Assembly (NCBI RefSeq): GCF_006345805.1
Contig: NC_043006.1
Location: 51,398,001-51,462,000 of the forward strand
Length of the DNA: 64,000 nt
Source: Octopus sinensis
Taxonomy: Eukaryota
Direction of reading: 5' to 3'
The first letter of the stretch is position 1; each line of letters opens with the position of its first letter. The notes beneath the pieces were generated by a model. It searched no databases and was not told where the DNA came from. It was given only the letters and a program-made list of their open reading frames with translations. Positions 51,787-64,000 of the stretch are shown here, piece by piece. A program made the position numbers and the translations under genes.

Positions 51787-52579
51787 TATATGTTTGGAGC
51801 CAAACTGTATATCTGCCTGTCCTTGGATTGTTCCAGTATGATACCAGCTCTTCTATGAAAAGTGGTTGTTATCCTTGTTCACTCAACACTCTCCATTTCT
51901 TGAGAAAAGGATGCTGTGTGTGCCCCATCCATGCCTCTTCTAATAGCATAGCTGATGGAGAGAGAGAAATTAATCTTGGATATTAATTGATACTTTAGGA
52001 GAAAAAATAAATTTAAATGACCATATATACACACACTGTACTTCACACAAGGACACATATGGAGGCTCACGTCCACACATATGGAGATCCACATTCATAC
52101 ATACAAACACGGCACAGAGTTGCAAAACACACTCAGATATGTATACACAAGGAGATAGAGGTACACACACACAAACACATGAATATGCAAAATACATACA
52201 TACAAATGTACACACATACATACATAAATACATGCATACACACACCATGCGCACAAACAAAAAGGAACGCAGTGTGAATAGGTTGCAAGACGCAACGGAA
52301 ATTTTAGAAAAATAAAGAAGGATATAAGTAGAAATTTTACCGGTGAGTGTGTTAAATTATAAGGCACAAAAAGAAAATGATTCTCCTCAGACACAACAGT
52401 AAATTTAAATAGTTGAATTAATAGATAGTAAACAACAAAAATTTACAAAGAAAAATAAGAGAAACAGTTGCGTGTATTAAAGTGTAACACCAAAGTATAT
52501 TATTTTTTTTTTAATTATTTATTTTGGTAGAAATATTTATTTTCAATATTTTCATGTTTGCAAGTGTGGCTGTGAGATA

Positions 52580-53700
52580 AAAAGCTTGCTTGTGATGGAG
52601 GGATGTCGAATGAGAAGTTGGGAGAATTTGAGGTGTTCTTCCCCAGAATGTGATTCATCTGAGGAGGGATTGGTGGAGTACTTCAACGAGATGAATAGTG
52701 AATCAGAGGGGGATTTTAAAGTATTAGAAGTAAACCTGGAAGATTTGAGCAGGCTCTATTATATGCTTAAAAAGGAGGGGAACAGCGTGAGAATTCCCCC
52801 CCCCCAAGGAGGTGTTAGAGGAGAAGAATGAGAGAACTATAATTTATAGAACACACTCGATAGCGGCCGGGAAAATAGAAGTTATGTCAAGAGCTCAAAT
52901 GGAAAAGGTGCTCGAACCAATCTGGCAGGGAATATCCACCTCGACAGAGGTAGAAAATTTGGAACGGTAGAGGTGCTGTTTCGGGATGCAGCTACTGCCA
53001 GGCTGCACTCAGCAACATTGCTGAAAACGAATGAGGTAGTTCTTCTGCCCATTTACCGTAGGAAGAGTGCTTCCAGGGTTAGTATGGATGAAAAGGAAAT
53101 AGATATAGCACTACAGAGTACCAGCATCGAAGAAGAGAAGACAAATACCAACTGTGAAATAGCAAGGAAGAAGAGAAGAAAAAGGAGGAAGACACATGTG
53201 GTAAAGGATGACCCCCAACCCATCTAAGCTTCCTATCCACACCCTCTCTGCCCCAACCACTCCCTACATACACCAACCCTCCCCATGCCCTGTCTGACAT
53301 AAAAACAAGTACAAACACACAGGATCCACAAACTTATCCACCCCCGCCCTGTGAAGAAAAATGTAATAATGGGCATAATGAAGAAATGTTTGATGAGGTG
53401 GAGTTGTGGGACGGAGCAGTAAAGGTAGATATGAGAGTAAAGGGTCTGCCCAAGAACTTTCTCTACTTCTTCACAGACATGGAGTACGTGTGGAGATTAC
53501 AGGAGTATGTGGAAAATCTGGACTGCGAGTGGTGGGTAAAGAATATAGACACCAGCACAATGCTGGAGCACATAGGGTATGTGGATATTCTAAAAAAGCA
53601 CAATATAGACATTTTGAAAAAAAGGTGATTAAATTGTTTTCAAAAAAAGTTTTTAAAAAATGTATTAACAGGTTCAATGAAGTCGCTCAGAGGTGGAGCT
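52580..53700 (+). mobile_element. Second ORF1-only element relic, internally deleted
   Basis: IIYRTHS..MEKVLEPIWQ / RGRKFGTVEVLF / VLLPIY aligns by eye with IVYKVCS..VERALGPVWQ / GTVEVCF / LLPMC at ~15590-15800. Shared ctgacataa motif at ~16332 and ~53294. Confidence 0.65.
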
Positions 53701-53784
53701 GAGTGGCTTCATTCCATCTTTTCATTCGTTTTGTTTTTTTGTCCCCTCTATGTAAGGCCTTTATGGCCAATTTCCCAAAAATCA

Positions 53785-54115
53785 AGAATCTTGCTTCTCA
53801 ACCACATGGTTCCGGGTTCAGCTTTACTGCATGGCACCTTTGGCAAATGTTTTGTACTCTAGCTTCAAGTCAACTGAAGTCTTGTGAGAGGATTTTGTAG
53901 ACATATATCTATCTATGGAAGTGGGGGTCTGTGTTTGTCCCCCACCATCATTTGACAACTGCTGGTGATGTATTTACATCCCTGTAACTTAGCAGTTCAG
54001 CAAAACGACCGATAGAATAAGTACTAGGCTTCAAAAATGTCCCAGGGTTGATTTGTTTGACTAAAACTTGTCAAAGAGGTGCCCTAGCATAGCCACAGTC
54101 AAATGACTGAAACAT
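53785..54115 (+). mobile_element. SINE family A (older)
   Basis: Head, core and tail match family A. Confidence 0.8.
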
Positions 54116-57100
54116 TTTACAGATATACAACGTGTATATACTCAGTAAACATGCAGAGGTTAAGAGAAATTCCCGAGAAAAAGTAAATTTTGTGACCTAA
54201 GTTTAAACTTTCCAAGTTATCTCACAAGGAGGTAAGTTGGAACATGTTGAACACACCAGTATTTATAGAACAATTTAAGAATTATACTAGCATTATTTCA
54301 GTTTTCAGTTTCAATTATGTATTTTATCAGTAACTTCCGTATAACTGTCATTTTGGTTTATTGCCTATAAATAAGGTTTATTGGTCATGTTCTTGTATAT
54401 ACCCTAGATCAACAACAAACAGGTTTCTGCTGACAATGTATTATTCTCCTACAGTTGTATGGAGCAGACAACAAATGCGATGTCCTCACGTTCATATATG
54501 AGGCTATCACAAGCTACCAGCCTTATCCTCACCAGATTCTTTGTTTCTACTGCACAACAGTTGCTTCACCTACCCATCAACTTAACCACATTTTATCTCA
54601 ATAAATATCATAATTTTAGTTTTAAATTAGTTTTAAAATTGTTCAGAGTTTCTGTAAGAACAGAATAATAGATCCCATACAGAATACTGTACAACTGTAA
54701 ATACGAGATTACGTAATGCGAGTTACACCACATCTTTCTTTTTCTGTTGATATAAAAATGTACGGAATAGGAAAAATAGGAATGGAGTGTCGAATGGAAA
54801 ACGAAACGATGAAATAAGGCAATATTCTTACTTTCGTAAAACTTTTTTTTTTCACTTTCTTTCATTTGCTGAACAAAAATAGATATACAGACAAGGATAC
54901 GTATACAACAATGTTTACATATAAATGATACTTACACATTAATATAGACCCTTTAAGGAAGCTCTCACAATACACGTTCGACAACAGATTGGATAACAGC
55001 TTCATGAAAACGTCAAGATCTTACAGGTTAACATAGTAAAGAATGCTATAGTAATTGCACAATTATCAACTATTTATATTTAATTCGATCTCATAAATGT
55101 CATTTGTAGACTGGATCTGGCTATCAGATGTGTAACGAATAATAAGCAGGGAGTGATCAGAAATATTTGGGAGCGTTTAACACTTAGTGTTAGGGGAAGT
55201 AACTCTCTCTATAATTCACTCTTCGTCATTATCATTATTATCACCAACACTATCACTTTCACATTCAATACCGCATTTATCATTGATAATAATGTTTAAT
55301 TCTTTTTGCATTTTAAAAATTAATCATCTTTCAGGCACATCGTCCATCAAAATAATTCAAAAACGTAGAAGTAGATCTGTATAATGCACCCGAAAAAAAT
55401 ATGGCTGTAGTAAGGCGTTAAAAATGCTCCCAAAAATCTTTGGTGCTAACTAAAATAATATTCAACGATGTTAATATTGATTTCGAATTTTGGCACAAGA
55501 CGAATGTCATGGTGAGAGAAAAAGGAAGTAAATTGCCGAATCCGAATTAGAGATTTTAACTCCTTGTAATCTCTGACAAACGGAGCTCAAGATGAGTGAC
55601 CAAGAATGCGGGATGAAAAGGTGTCGTGCAATTGAAAAGAAGATCCAAGATTCCAGATTCTCCTGCTGTGAGAATGACTTTTCACGGAGAGGCAAAAATT
55701 CACAACAGTAGTTGAAACCAAAAAAATGGTCTAATTGAAAAGTGATGCGAAAAGCAGATAAAAAACGAATTTGGCAGGGGAGTGGATCAAAACAAGAAAT
55801 GCTACACGAGAGACGGAAAATGGTTTTAAAAAACTTTAACCATGAGATTCTCCATGTAGAAACATCTCTAGCAGGCTGTAGAGTGAAGTTGTTACCATAT
55901 AGATCGACAAGTAATTCAAAGATGTAGAGAATTTCGCCGATAAAAAAGATTTATCTTCCTCGTAAAAGCAAAATGGTAGCAAAATTAAATTTAGCTGGAA
56001 ACAGTAAGTATCATGTTGGCGGTCATCAGTTTTAATGGCTGAAGGTTGTGGTTGATAAATATTGTTGGTTTGAGTAACGCTGTGTGTGTAGATAAAGGAA
56101 GAAGAACGAAGAAACCAAGATTAAGTGCGACGATTTATTCAACTCGTTAAAAAGTGTTAAAGCTGCGGAGATATACATTGAAGGAATGGTCAGAATATAT
56201 ACATAATGGTTTAATAAGCAGATAGTACATAATGATGATGATGTATGCTGGATAGAACAGGAAAAACACCTATGAGACAACTTCAGTTGGAGGACATGAA
56301 CAACGTCTGCATCAAAGGATACCTGTGAAAATAAGCTTGCCCTCTGCCGAAGATCCGTACTCGATCATGCAAAACCCACCTCACTGAGGAAATAATGGGA
56401 ACAGTTCCCCCTATATAACTGAGGGTAGCGCGTTTGGCTAGTCATATGATAAGGTGGACAGCTCGCATAAAGCTAGAGGAACTCAACCATCACGTGATGA
56501 GGCAAAATGTGGGTAAAGAGCCAAACTGAATATGCTTGCTACAAGATCGTTAAATGTGTTTGTGGGAAAAAAAGATATTGACAAACATCAATACGTCAGT
56601 GACGAACAAATGAGGAGGGTAACAGGTGGTTGTGAGATATGCAAAAAAAACCCATAACAATAGCTAAATAGCCTTTAAAATCACACGCACAAAATGTTTG
56701 GGGTTTATTTTCATAGTCTTATGAATACATGTGTGTAGAATACGAATCCACAAAAATTTTCTGAAAATTCAAAAAAAAAAAAAATGTTATGAAGGGTTCT
56801 ATGGGGTGCTTGAAACAGAATTCCACCTGGTTCTGTTCCTGATACATTTATGCACCATCTCGTTATAGAGAAGAAATTATTAAAATTAGTCATTAATCAG
56901 GTATCGAGATTGAGAGAATCAACCATTCTAAATTAAATTGTTCATTGTGGTCTTTTAGATCCCAAATTAATTTAATGAGCCCTGTACTGTTACGTTTATT
57001 CCTATCCCTAAATGTTGAGTAATGGATAGAAATTCTTTTAGATAACTTATTTTTAGTGTAATTATTTTTGAAAGTCGTACATTTACTTTTAGAATGATGA

Positions 57101-57182
57101 TAGGGGATTAAATAATATCAATGAAATCTTTGAAACGTGTGTCGGAAGTAAAAGTATTTGAATTATACCTGTGTTAAACTCC

Positions 57183-57224
<42 letters not shown>

Positions 57225-57226
<2 letters not shown>

Positions 57227-60200
57227 CACACTAGTCAGATTGACTACATCCTCACCAGAGAAAGGGAAAGACGGCTGCTTATAAATGCCAAAACCTTCCC
57301 AGGTGAAGAATGTACCCCACAACATAGACTGGTAGTTAGTGACTTCAGGATCAGGGCTAAATGGATGCCCAGAAGACGACCAGCAAGGAGAAGAAGGGTC
57401 TGAAGACTTAAAGATCCTGCAAATGGACAGAGATTTAGAGACATATTACTCGAAGTTTTTGACGGAATAGAAGGGGATATAGCTTCACGTGGTATAGAAG
57501 ACAACTGGAGGTTCCTACGGGACAACCTGTTAAGGGCCAGCCACCGACCAAATCTGTGGATGGTGCAAAGTCCCCTCTTGACCCAAAATAACGTGGTAGT
57601 ACAACAATGTTGTTGACAAGGCTGTTAGACAAAAGAAGCACGCTTGGAAGGACTGGAAGAACGGTGGTAGCAGGGAAGTGTATCAGACTGCCAGAAGGGA
57701 AGCTAGGAAGCAGGTTTATTTAGCCAGAAGGGAAGCAGGAAAAAAATTGCCAATGTTCTGTGCAGTGAGGACTAAAGACTTAAGGTATTTCGTGTTACAA
57801 GACAGTGTGTGAGAGAGAAATGTGTTCGCATGGATGATGGTTCACTTGCGCTAAATGAGGATGCAAAGAGAGAGGTTTGGAGATGCCATAATGAAAGGTT
57901 GCTGAATAAAGAAAATGAACGGGAGAAAGAGAGTCTGCCGAATGTCGACCCAACTGAGGGACCAGCTATCCGAGTTGACAGTACCTTGGTAGATAAGGCA
58001 ATTAGAAGCATGAAAACAGGGAAAGCCCCAGGCCCATCAGGAATTACTGCAGAGATGCTCAAAATATCTGGCAGTGTCGGCTATAGCCTAGTCACCAGTA
58101 TAGTTAACCAGGTGAGACATGAAGGAGTCATACCCAATGACTGGTGTAGCAGCATAATAGTCAACTACTACAAAGGTAAAGGTGACGCTTTAGATACAAA
58201 TAATTACAGAGGTATCAAGCTGTTGGATCAGGTAATAAAAGTTACGGAGAGGATCATAGCCCAACTGATTAGGGAGAGAGTCAGCTTGGATGAGATGCAG
58301 TTTGGTTTTGTGCCAGGGAAAAGCACCACTGATGCCATATTTCTGGTAAGACAGCTGCAGGAGAAATACCTAGCCAAAGATAAGCCCCTGTACCTGGCTT
58401 TCGTTGACATAGAGAAAGCATTTGACAGGGTCCCCCGATCCCTTATCTGGTGGTCAATGAGGAAACTAGGGATCATTGAATGGTTAGTGAGAGCTGTGCA
58501 AGCCATGTACAGGGACGCTGTAAGTAAGGTGAGGGTTGGCAACGAATACACTGAAGAATTCAAGGTAGTGGTACGGATCCACCAAGGTTCAGTCCTCAGC
58601 CCCCTCCTATAGTCCTCCAGGCAATAACGGAGGAATTCAAGACAGGATGCCCCTGGGAGCTCCTCTATGCTGACGACCTTGCTCTAATTGCTGAGTCACT
58701 ATCAGAACTAGAGGAGAAGTTTCAAGTGTGGAAACAGGGATTAGAATCGAAGGGCCTTAGAATCAACCTAGCTAAAACCAAAGTCCTAATAAGTAGGAAG
58801 ACAGGCAAACCACAAATCCCTTCAGGTAGATGACCCTGCTCGATCTGTAGTAGAGGCGTAGGTAGAAACTCTATAAGATGTACCCAGTGTAAGCTATGGA
58901 CACACCAGAGGTGCAGTAATATCAAAGGAAGGCTAACTGGGAAGATAGTTTTTGTATGTGGCAGATGCTCGGGAGCAATAAACACTGAAAATGCACAGAG
59001 ACCAAATTTCCGCCACGTTCCAGGGAGAAAAACTAGAAGTAGTTGATATCTTCCATTACCTAGGTGACCAAGTCAGTAGCGGAGGAGGGTGCTCTGAAAG
59101 TGTAGCTGCTAGAATAAGAATAGCTTGGGCAAAGTTCAGAGAGCTCTTACCTCTGCTAGTGACAAAGGGCCTCTCGCTCAGAGTAAAAGGTAGACTGTAT
59201 GATACTTGTGTACAAACAGCCATGCTACATGGCAGTGAAACATAGGTTGTGACTGCTGAGGACATGTGTAAGCTCGCAAGGAATGAAGCCAGTATGATTC
59301 GTTGGATGTATAATGTCAGTGTGCATACTCAACAGTGTAAGTACCTTGCGAGAAAAGTTGGACCTAAGAAGCATTAGATGTGGTGTGCAAGAGAGACGAC
59401 TGCGCTGGTATGGTCATGTGGCAAGAATGGATGAGGATAGCTGTGTGAAAAAGTGTCACACCCTAGCGGTTGAGGGAACCTGTGGAAGAGGTAGACCAAG
59501 GAAGACCTGGGATGAAGTGGTGAAGCACGACCTTTGAACATTAGGCCTCACCAACGAAATGACTAGCGACCGAGACTTTTGGAAATATGCCGTGCTTGAG
59601 AAGACCCGGCAAGCCGAATGAGACCATAACCTGTGGCCTATGCCAGCAGCATAACCAGCCAGCTTATGCGTACCTTTTCCTTCTTTGGTCACTAAACTCT
59701 GCTCGCGAAGACCTGTTAAGGCAAGTGAAATCAAAATCAAATTCGATGACTGGCATCTGTGCTAGCGGGGTGCAAAGAGCACCATACGAGTGTGATCGTT
59801 GACAGAGCGGCTAACCGGCTTCCATGCCAGTGGCACATAAAAGGGCACCATTCGAGTGTGATCGTTACCAGCGTCGCGTTACTGGCACTTGTGCCCGTGC
59901 TAGTAGGGTGCCAAGAGCACCACCCGAGCGTGATCGTTGCCAGAGCAGCCAACTGGCTTCCGTTCTGGTGGCACGTAAAAGGGTACCAATTCAAGCGTGA
60001 TCGTTACCAACGTCGCCTCACTGGCACCTGTGCCGGTGGCATGTGTAAAAATTCGAGCGAGGTCATTGCCAGTACCGCCTGACTGGCCCCCGTGCCAGTA
60101 GCATGTAAAAAGCACACACTACTCTCTCAGAGTGCTTGGCGTTAGAAAGAGCATTCAGCTGTAGAAACTCTGCCAGATCAAGATTGGAGCCTGGTGCAGC

Positions 60201-60279
60201 CTTCTGGTTCGCCAGCCATCTGTCAAAATCGTCCAACCCATGCTAGCATGGGAAGCGGACGTTAAACGATGATGATGAT
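57225..60279 (+). mobile_element. 5'-truncated RTE-X LINE (APE C-terminus, RT, 3' UTR array, (GAT)n)
   Basis: SQIDYIL..QHRLVV, GKAPGPSG, YKGKGD, NYRGIKLL, QFGFVPG, YADD. Several stops and frameshifts. Collinear with 18812-20948. Confidence 0.95.
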
Positions 60280-60382
60280 TTATCAAAATAAGCAACAAAG
60301 ATATCCAGAGGTAATGCAGTACGATCGTTTCATGCAACTCCATTTAATTGAACAATGCATTCATTACATATATATATATATA

Positions 60383-61010
60383 CACAGGGTGGGGAAGTAA
60401 AATTTACAATGAACATTAAGTTGTTTTTTCTCAGCAAGCACTAAGTCAATTGTTTTGAAATCTAGGATATATTGATGTCATAATCATACCTCACACTATT
60501 ATCCTTACCTTTTCAGAAACTTTTGCCCATATGAGTAATCAGGAAAGCAAACGTCAAAGAGTGTGATTTGCTGAATGCACTCTTCACACCAAAGGAGATT
60601 TCAAGAATAGTTGGAGTGTCCATAAAGACTGTTTATAATGTAAAGAATAGAATGACTATGAGAAAAACTATTAAGAGGAAGTCTGGAAGTGGAGGAATCA
60701 ACAAAAAACGAACCAAAGCTTTTATTAAAGCTCTCAAATCCAAAATCCTACGGAATCCAACCAAATCCATGAGAAAAATGGCAAATGAACTTGAGGTAGA
60801 CAACAAGACCATTAGAAATGCAGTAAAATATGATTTGAGGTTAAAATCTTACGCAAGAACACCAAAACACTTGTTGACAACAGCTATGAAGGAAAAGAGA
60901 TCGGAAAGGTGCAAGAAAATTATTACATGGTTCAAGAAAAAGTCCTCCATTGTAACGATCTTTTCAGATGAGAAGATCTCCAGTCGATGCTGTTCTGAAT
61001 CAATTCTCAA
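60383..61010 (+). mobile_element. Tc1/mariner (maT-like) left half, truncated just after the first catalytic D
   Basis: Terminal ta-cagggtgggg; ORF 60568-61020 has HTH domains and IFSDEK. Confidence 0.85.
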
Positions 61011-61689
61011 CTCGTGGTGAGTTGTATTGTAATTTTATTTTATCAGATTACCGTTACAAACATAACAGCTTACTGTAGATATAAATCTTGACAGTATAAT
61101 AAATTGGGTTGGATAGATATTGAAGTGATATTAATAAAAAGCATTGCATGTAACTTTAGTTGGACCCCATCTGAAGAATTCCATACTGACGCATATGAGA
61201 GGATACTAAACGACATCATAAACTTTATATGATTTATTATTTCTTTAAAGTTTATAGCCTTTACTCATTAAGAAAATACCTCTCTTACCATGCTCTTGTC
61301 ATATAAGAATCACAGTTTCCTCATTGCATTCTGGATTAACAAACTTTTGTGGATGTTCTCTACCAAAAGGCTTGATAGCATTAGTTGATTTTGAAGATGA
61401 ATGAGAGAGTCATTACAAAAGTAATTCTGAAACTTAGACATGCAGGCAGGCTGGCCAACTGATGGACAGAGTTTATGTGAATATTTGCTATGCCTTGCTG
61501 ACTTGTGCAATCAACTCATAGGTCTTATCGTTATATATGCAGATTTTTGTCTATGTGTCTGTATGACAGGGCTTGAATTGTATATATGTGTGTGTTCGAT
61601 ATCAGGAGGCACTGCTTGGCTCTGTGACATTATGGCCCATATGTTTGTATGGCTGTGTGTGTTTTCTACACAAGTGGGTTTAGCTATGT

Positions 61690-62090
61690 GTACTTGTGTT
61701 GGCACCTTGGGCAAGTGTCTTCTACTACAGCCTTGGACTGACCAAAGACTTGTAAGTGGATATGGTAGATAGAAACTGAAAGAAACCTGGGGTCGATTTG
61801 TTCGACTAAAGGCAATGCTTCAATATGGCCGCAACAGTCAAACAACAAACAAAGGAATAAAGAAAAGAATATATATCGTTGTGTGTCTCTGTGTATGTGT
61901 TTGTCCTCTCCACCCACACTGCATGACAACAGCATTGGTGTGTTCACGCCCTGTAACTTAGTGGTTCGTCAGAAGAAACCGATAGAATAAGTACCAAGCT
62001 TAATTCTAAGTACTTGGATCGATTCACGTGACTAAAATTCAAGGCAGTGCCTCAACATGACTGAAACAAGTAAGAAAAAGATAAAATATG
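61690..62090 (+). mobile_element. Rearranged SINE family A pieces
   Basis: Core ggcaccttgggcaagtgtc and two partial tails. Confidence 0.7.
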
Positions 62091-64000
62091 ACGTTTTTGG
62101 ATTAAGAATTATATATATATATATATATACACACACATATAAATATATATATGTGTGTGTACATCATTCTATTGGTCTTTTCCTGTACCAGCTATGTCTG
62201 TTAATTTGTCCGTCTCTCTCAATCTCTCTACTTTCCGTCCCTCCAGCCGACAAATTTATCACTCATAGGGATAAGTTGTCTCCCTTGCTCCATTATACTG
62301 AAATGCCTCGTATAACTTTTATTACAAAATTAGTTTGCTTCTGTAATGAACCAAACATGTTCGCTAAAATCTTGTTTTCTTATGTAGCAAGACAGAATTG
62401 AACGGAATTTTTTGCCTGTCTATCAATCAGGCATGGGGGTCCGTTATTTTGTGTAAATTTTTTCCACTCTCACAACCTGTCTTGTTTGAATCAAAAAGCT
62501 GTCCACATTCATTGGTTATACTTCATCTATTTTTCTGTTAAGTATAATGCTCTATAAAGTTCATCTCTGTTTTGTTTTGTCCATTGAACTGTGCAAGCTT
62601 TTATTATTCCATAAATCTGTATACACCATTTGCAACACGCTCCCCACTGTCACTCACCTTTACATATCAAATCCTCATGTCTACAGTTACTTTTACCCAG
62701 AAGATAGTTTGCTTTCTATCTTTTTTAATCACTCTGCTTCAGTCTTCTATCACTTGCCTTAAGGTATAACATTTTAATACTTTTAAAATTTCATACCTAA
62801 TGCTTAATTTCATCTACGTTGATTATAATTAAAAGCCTACATTGAGGACATATCAGGATGAGCTAGTTGTAAGCTGCCTCTATCCGGTACCCATATCACT
62901 TGGTCTTTTCATCATCTATTTTTATATTGCACTTCCAATGACCTGCAATAGCTCACTGGAATATTATCCACCACTACAAATTTTTCATACCAATTGCTGA
63001 CTAATAACGAACGTGTAAGCTAAACACAAACAGAATTGATCTCATCAACTTTGGAGGGTCAACAAAGGTAATGGGTGCTGGACACTTCTTCCAGTCTAAA
63101 ACAATTTCTTCATCCATGGACAATGAAAACATTTTTCACTAAGAAAGTGCATGTCGTAACTTCTACAGTTACATACAAGAAGCTTGATATTTATTATTTA
63201 CCTTTGACAAGGTTAAATAAAATATTTTAGAGTTGGACTAAGTTTCTATGAATTGTTTTTCAAATATTACACAAGATTACATTTCTTATGAAACCTCCTT
63301 GTTCTTACATCAACAAATTTCTGCTTCACATTGTGCATTCTTAATTTGATCAGATTGGACCAATGCCTCTCATTCATTCCTTGTAATGAGAGTAGTGCTG
63401 TTTCCATGTTGTAATTTCTGTTGTAGAACCACCATTACTCCAAACTTGTTCATTAATGGAAAATAGTGCACAATGTTAATGTACTATTGATGCAAAAGTA
63501 CTTTATATTTTACGAATGTGAGGATAGTGTAATTATGTGATAACTAAACAATAAATGGGGCAAAGATAATTAAAATATTTCTTTAGAAAAGGAGAGTTTT
63601 AAACCTGATTTAAGTGTTTGTATCTTCTATCTACAATTCCATTCGATTGTGAGTAATATGTCTTATAAGCATTGTACCCAATTTTCTTTAGCCAAGAGCA
63701 TAGATCATCAACATGAAATTCTTAAGTATTATCAAATACTAAAATATTTTACATAACATTTTCAGATAAAATTACACATAAAACTTGTTTTATTGCAGAA
63801 CACTTCCTATCAGAAATACAAATAACTCCTGCTTAAACTGAAATGGTATTAACTAGTATAAGCAATAATTCAAAACCACACACTCAATTATTTGTTTGTT
63901 ATTAACAGCTGATGTGGATTTAATGTAAAGTTAGCAGGTGGCCACAACCCTGTCACTCTCACAACACAGATAGCCAGAGATGAGAAGAGGTTGTGTAAGA

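Noticed and set aside
55660-55690. Zinc-finger-like tgagaatgacttttcac
   Set aside because: An isolated short match with no Cys/His spacing around it.

Overview
AT-rich, repeat-dense eukaryotic DNA. From recalled family resemblance of the SINEs, the RTE/CR1 LINEs and the MEND/ELxEN-type zinc-finger N-terminus, the source is most likely a coleoid cephalopod (Octopus); no database search was run. The only clear host gene is an intact 8-finger C2H2 zinc-finger CDS (49900-50679, minus). The rest is mostly mobile DNA: one near-full-length CR1-clade LINE and three 5'-truncated copies, two RTE-X LINEs with many 3'-tail derivatives, a BovB-like RTE, a Gypsy integrase remnant, mariner (DD34D) and maT-like (DD37D) remnants, MITEs, a Helitron, at least four tRNA-derived SINE families, two ORF1-only (HAL1-like) elements and many microsatellites. 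The strongest novelty candidate is the ORF1/ORF2 junction of the CR1 LINE. It has a G_GGA_AAC slippery heptamer directly before the ORF1 stop, an AUG-less ORF2 in the -1 frame, and a perfect 15-bp stem that can form an H-type pseudoknot starting 6 nt downstream, which is a retrovirus-style -1 frameshift signal in a non-LTR element. An assembly homopolymer error is a real alternative explanation. Other candidates are a hammerhead ribozyme with an ~90-nt stem II insertion, a poly-Q ORF1, and several long inverted repeats. Most boundaries were read by eye and are approximate.
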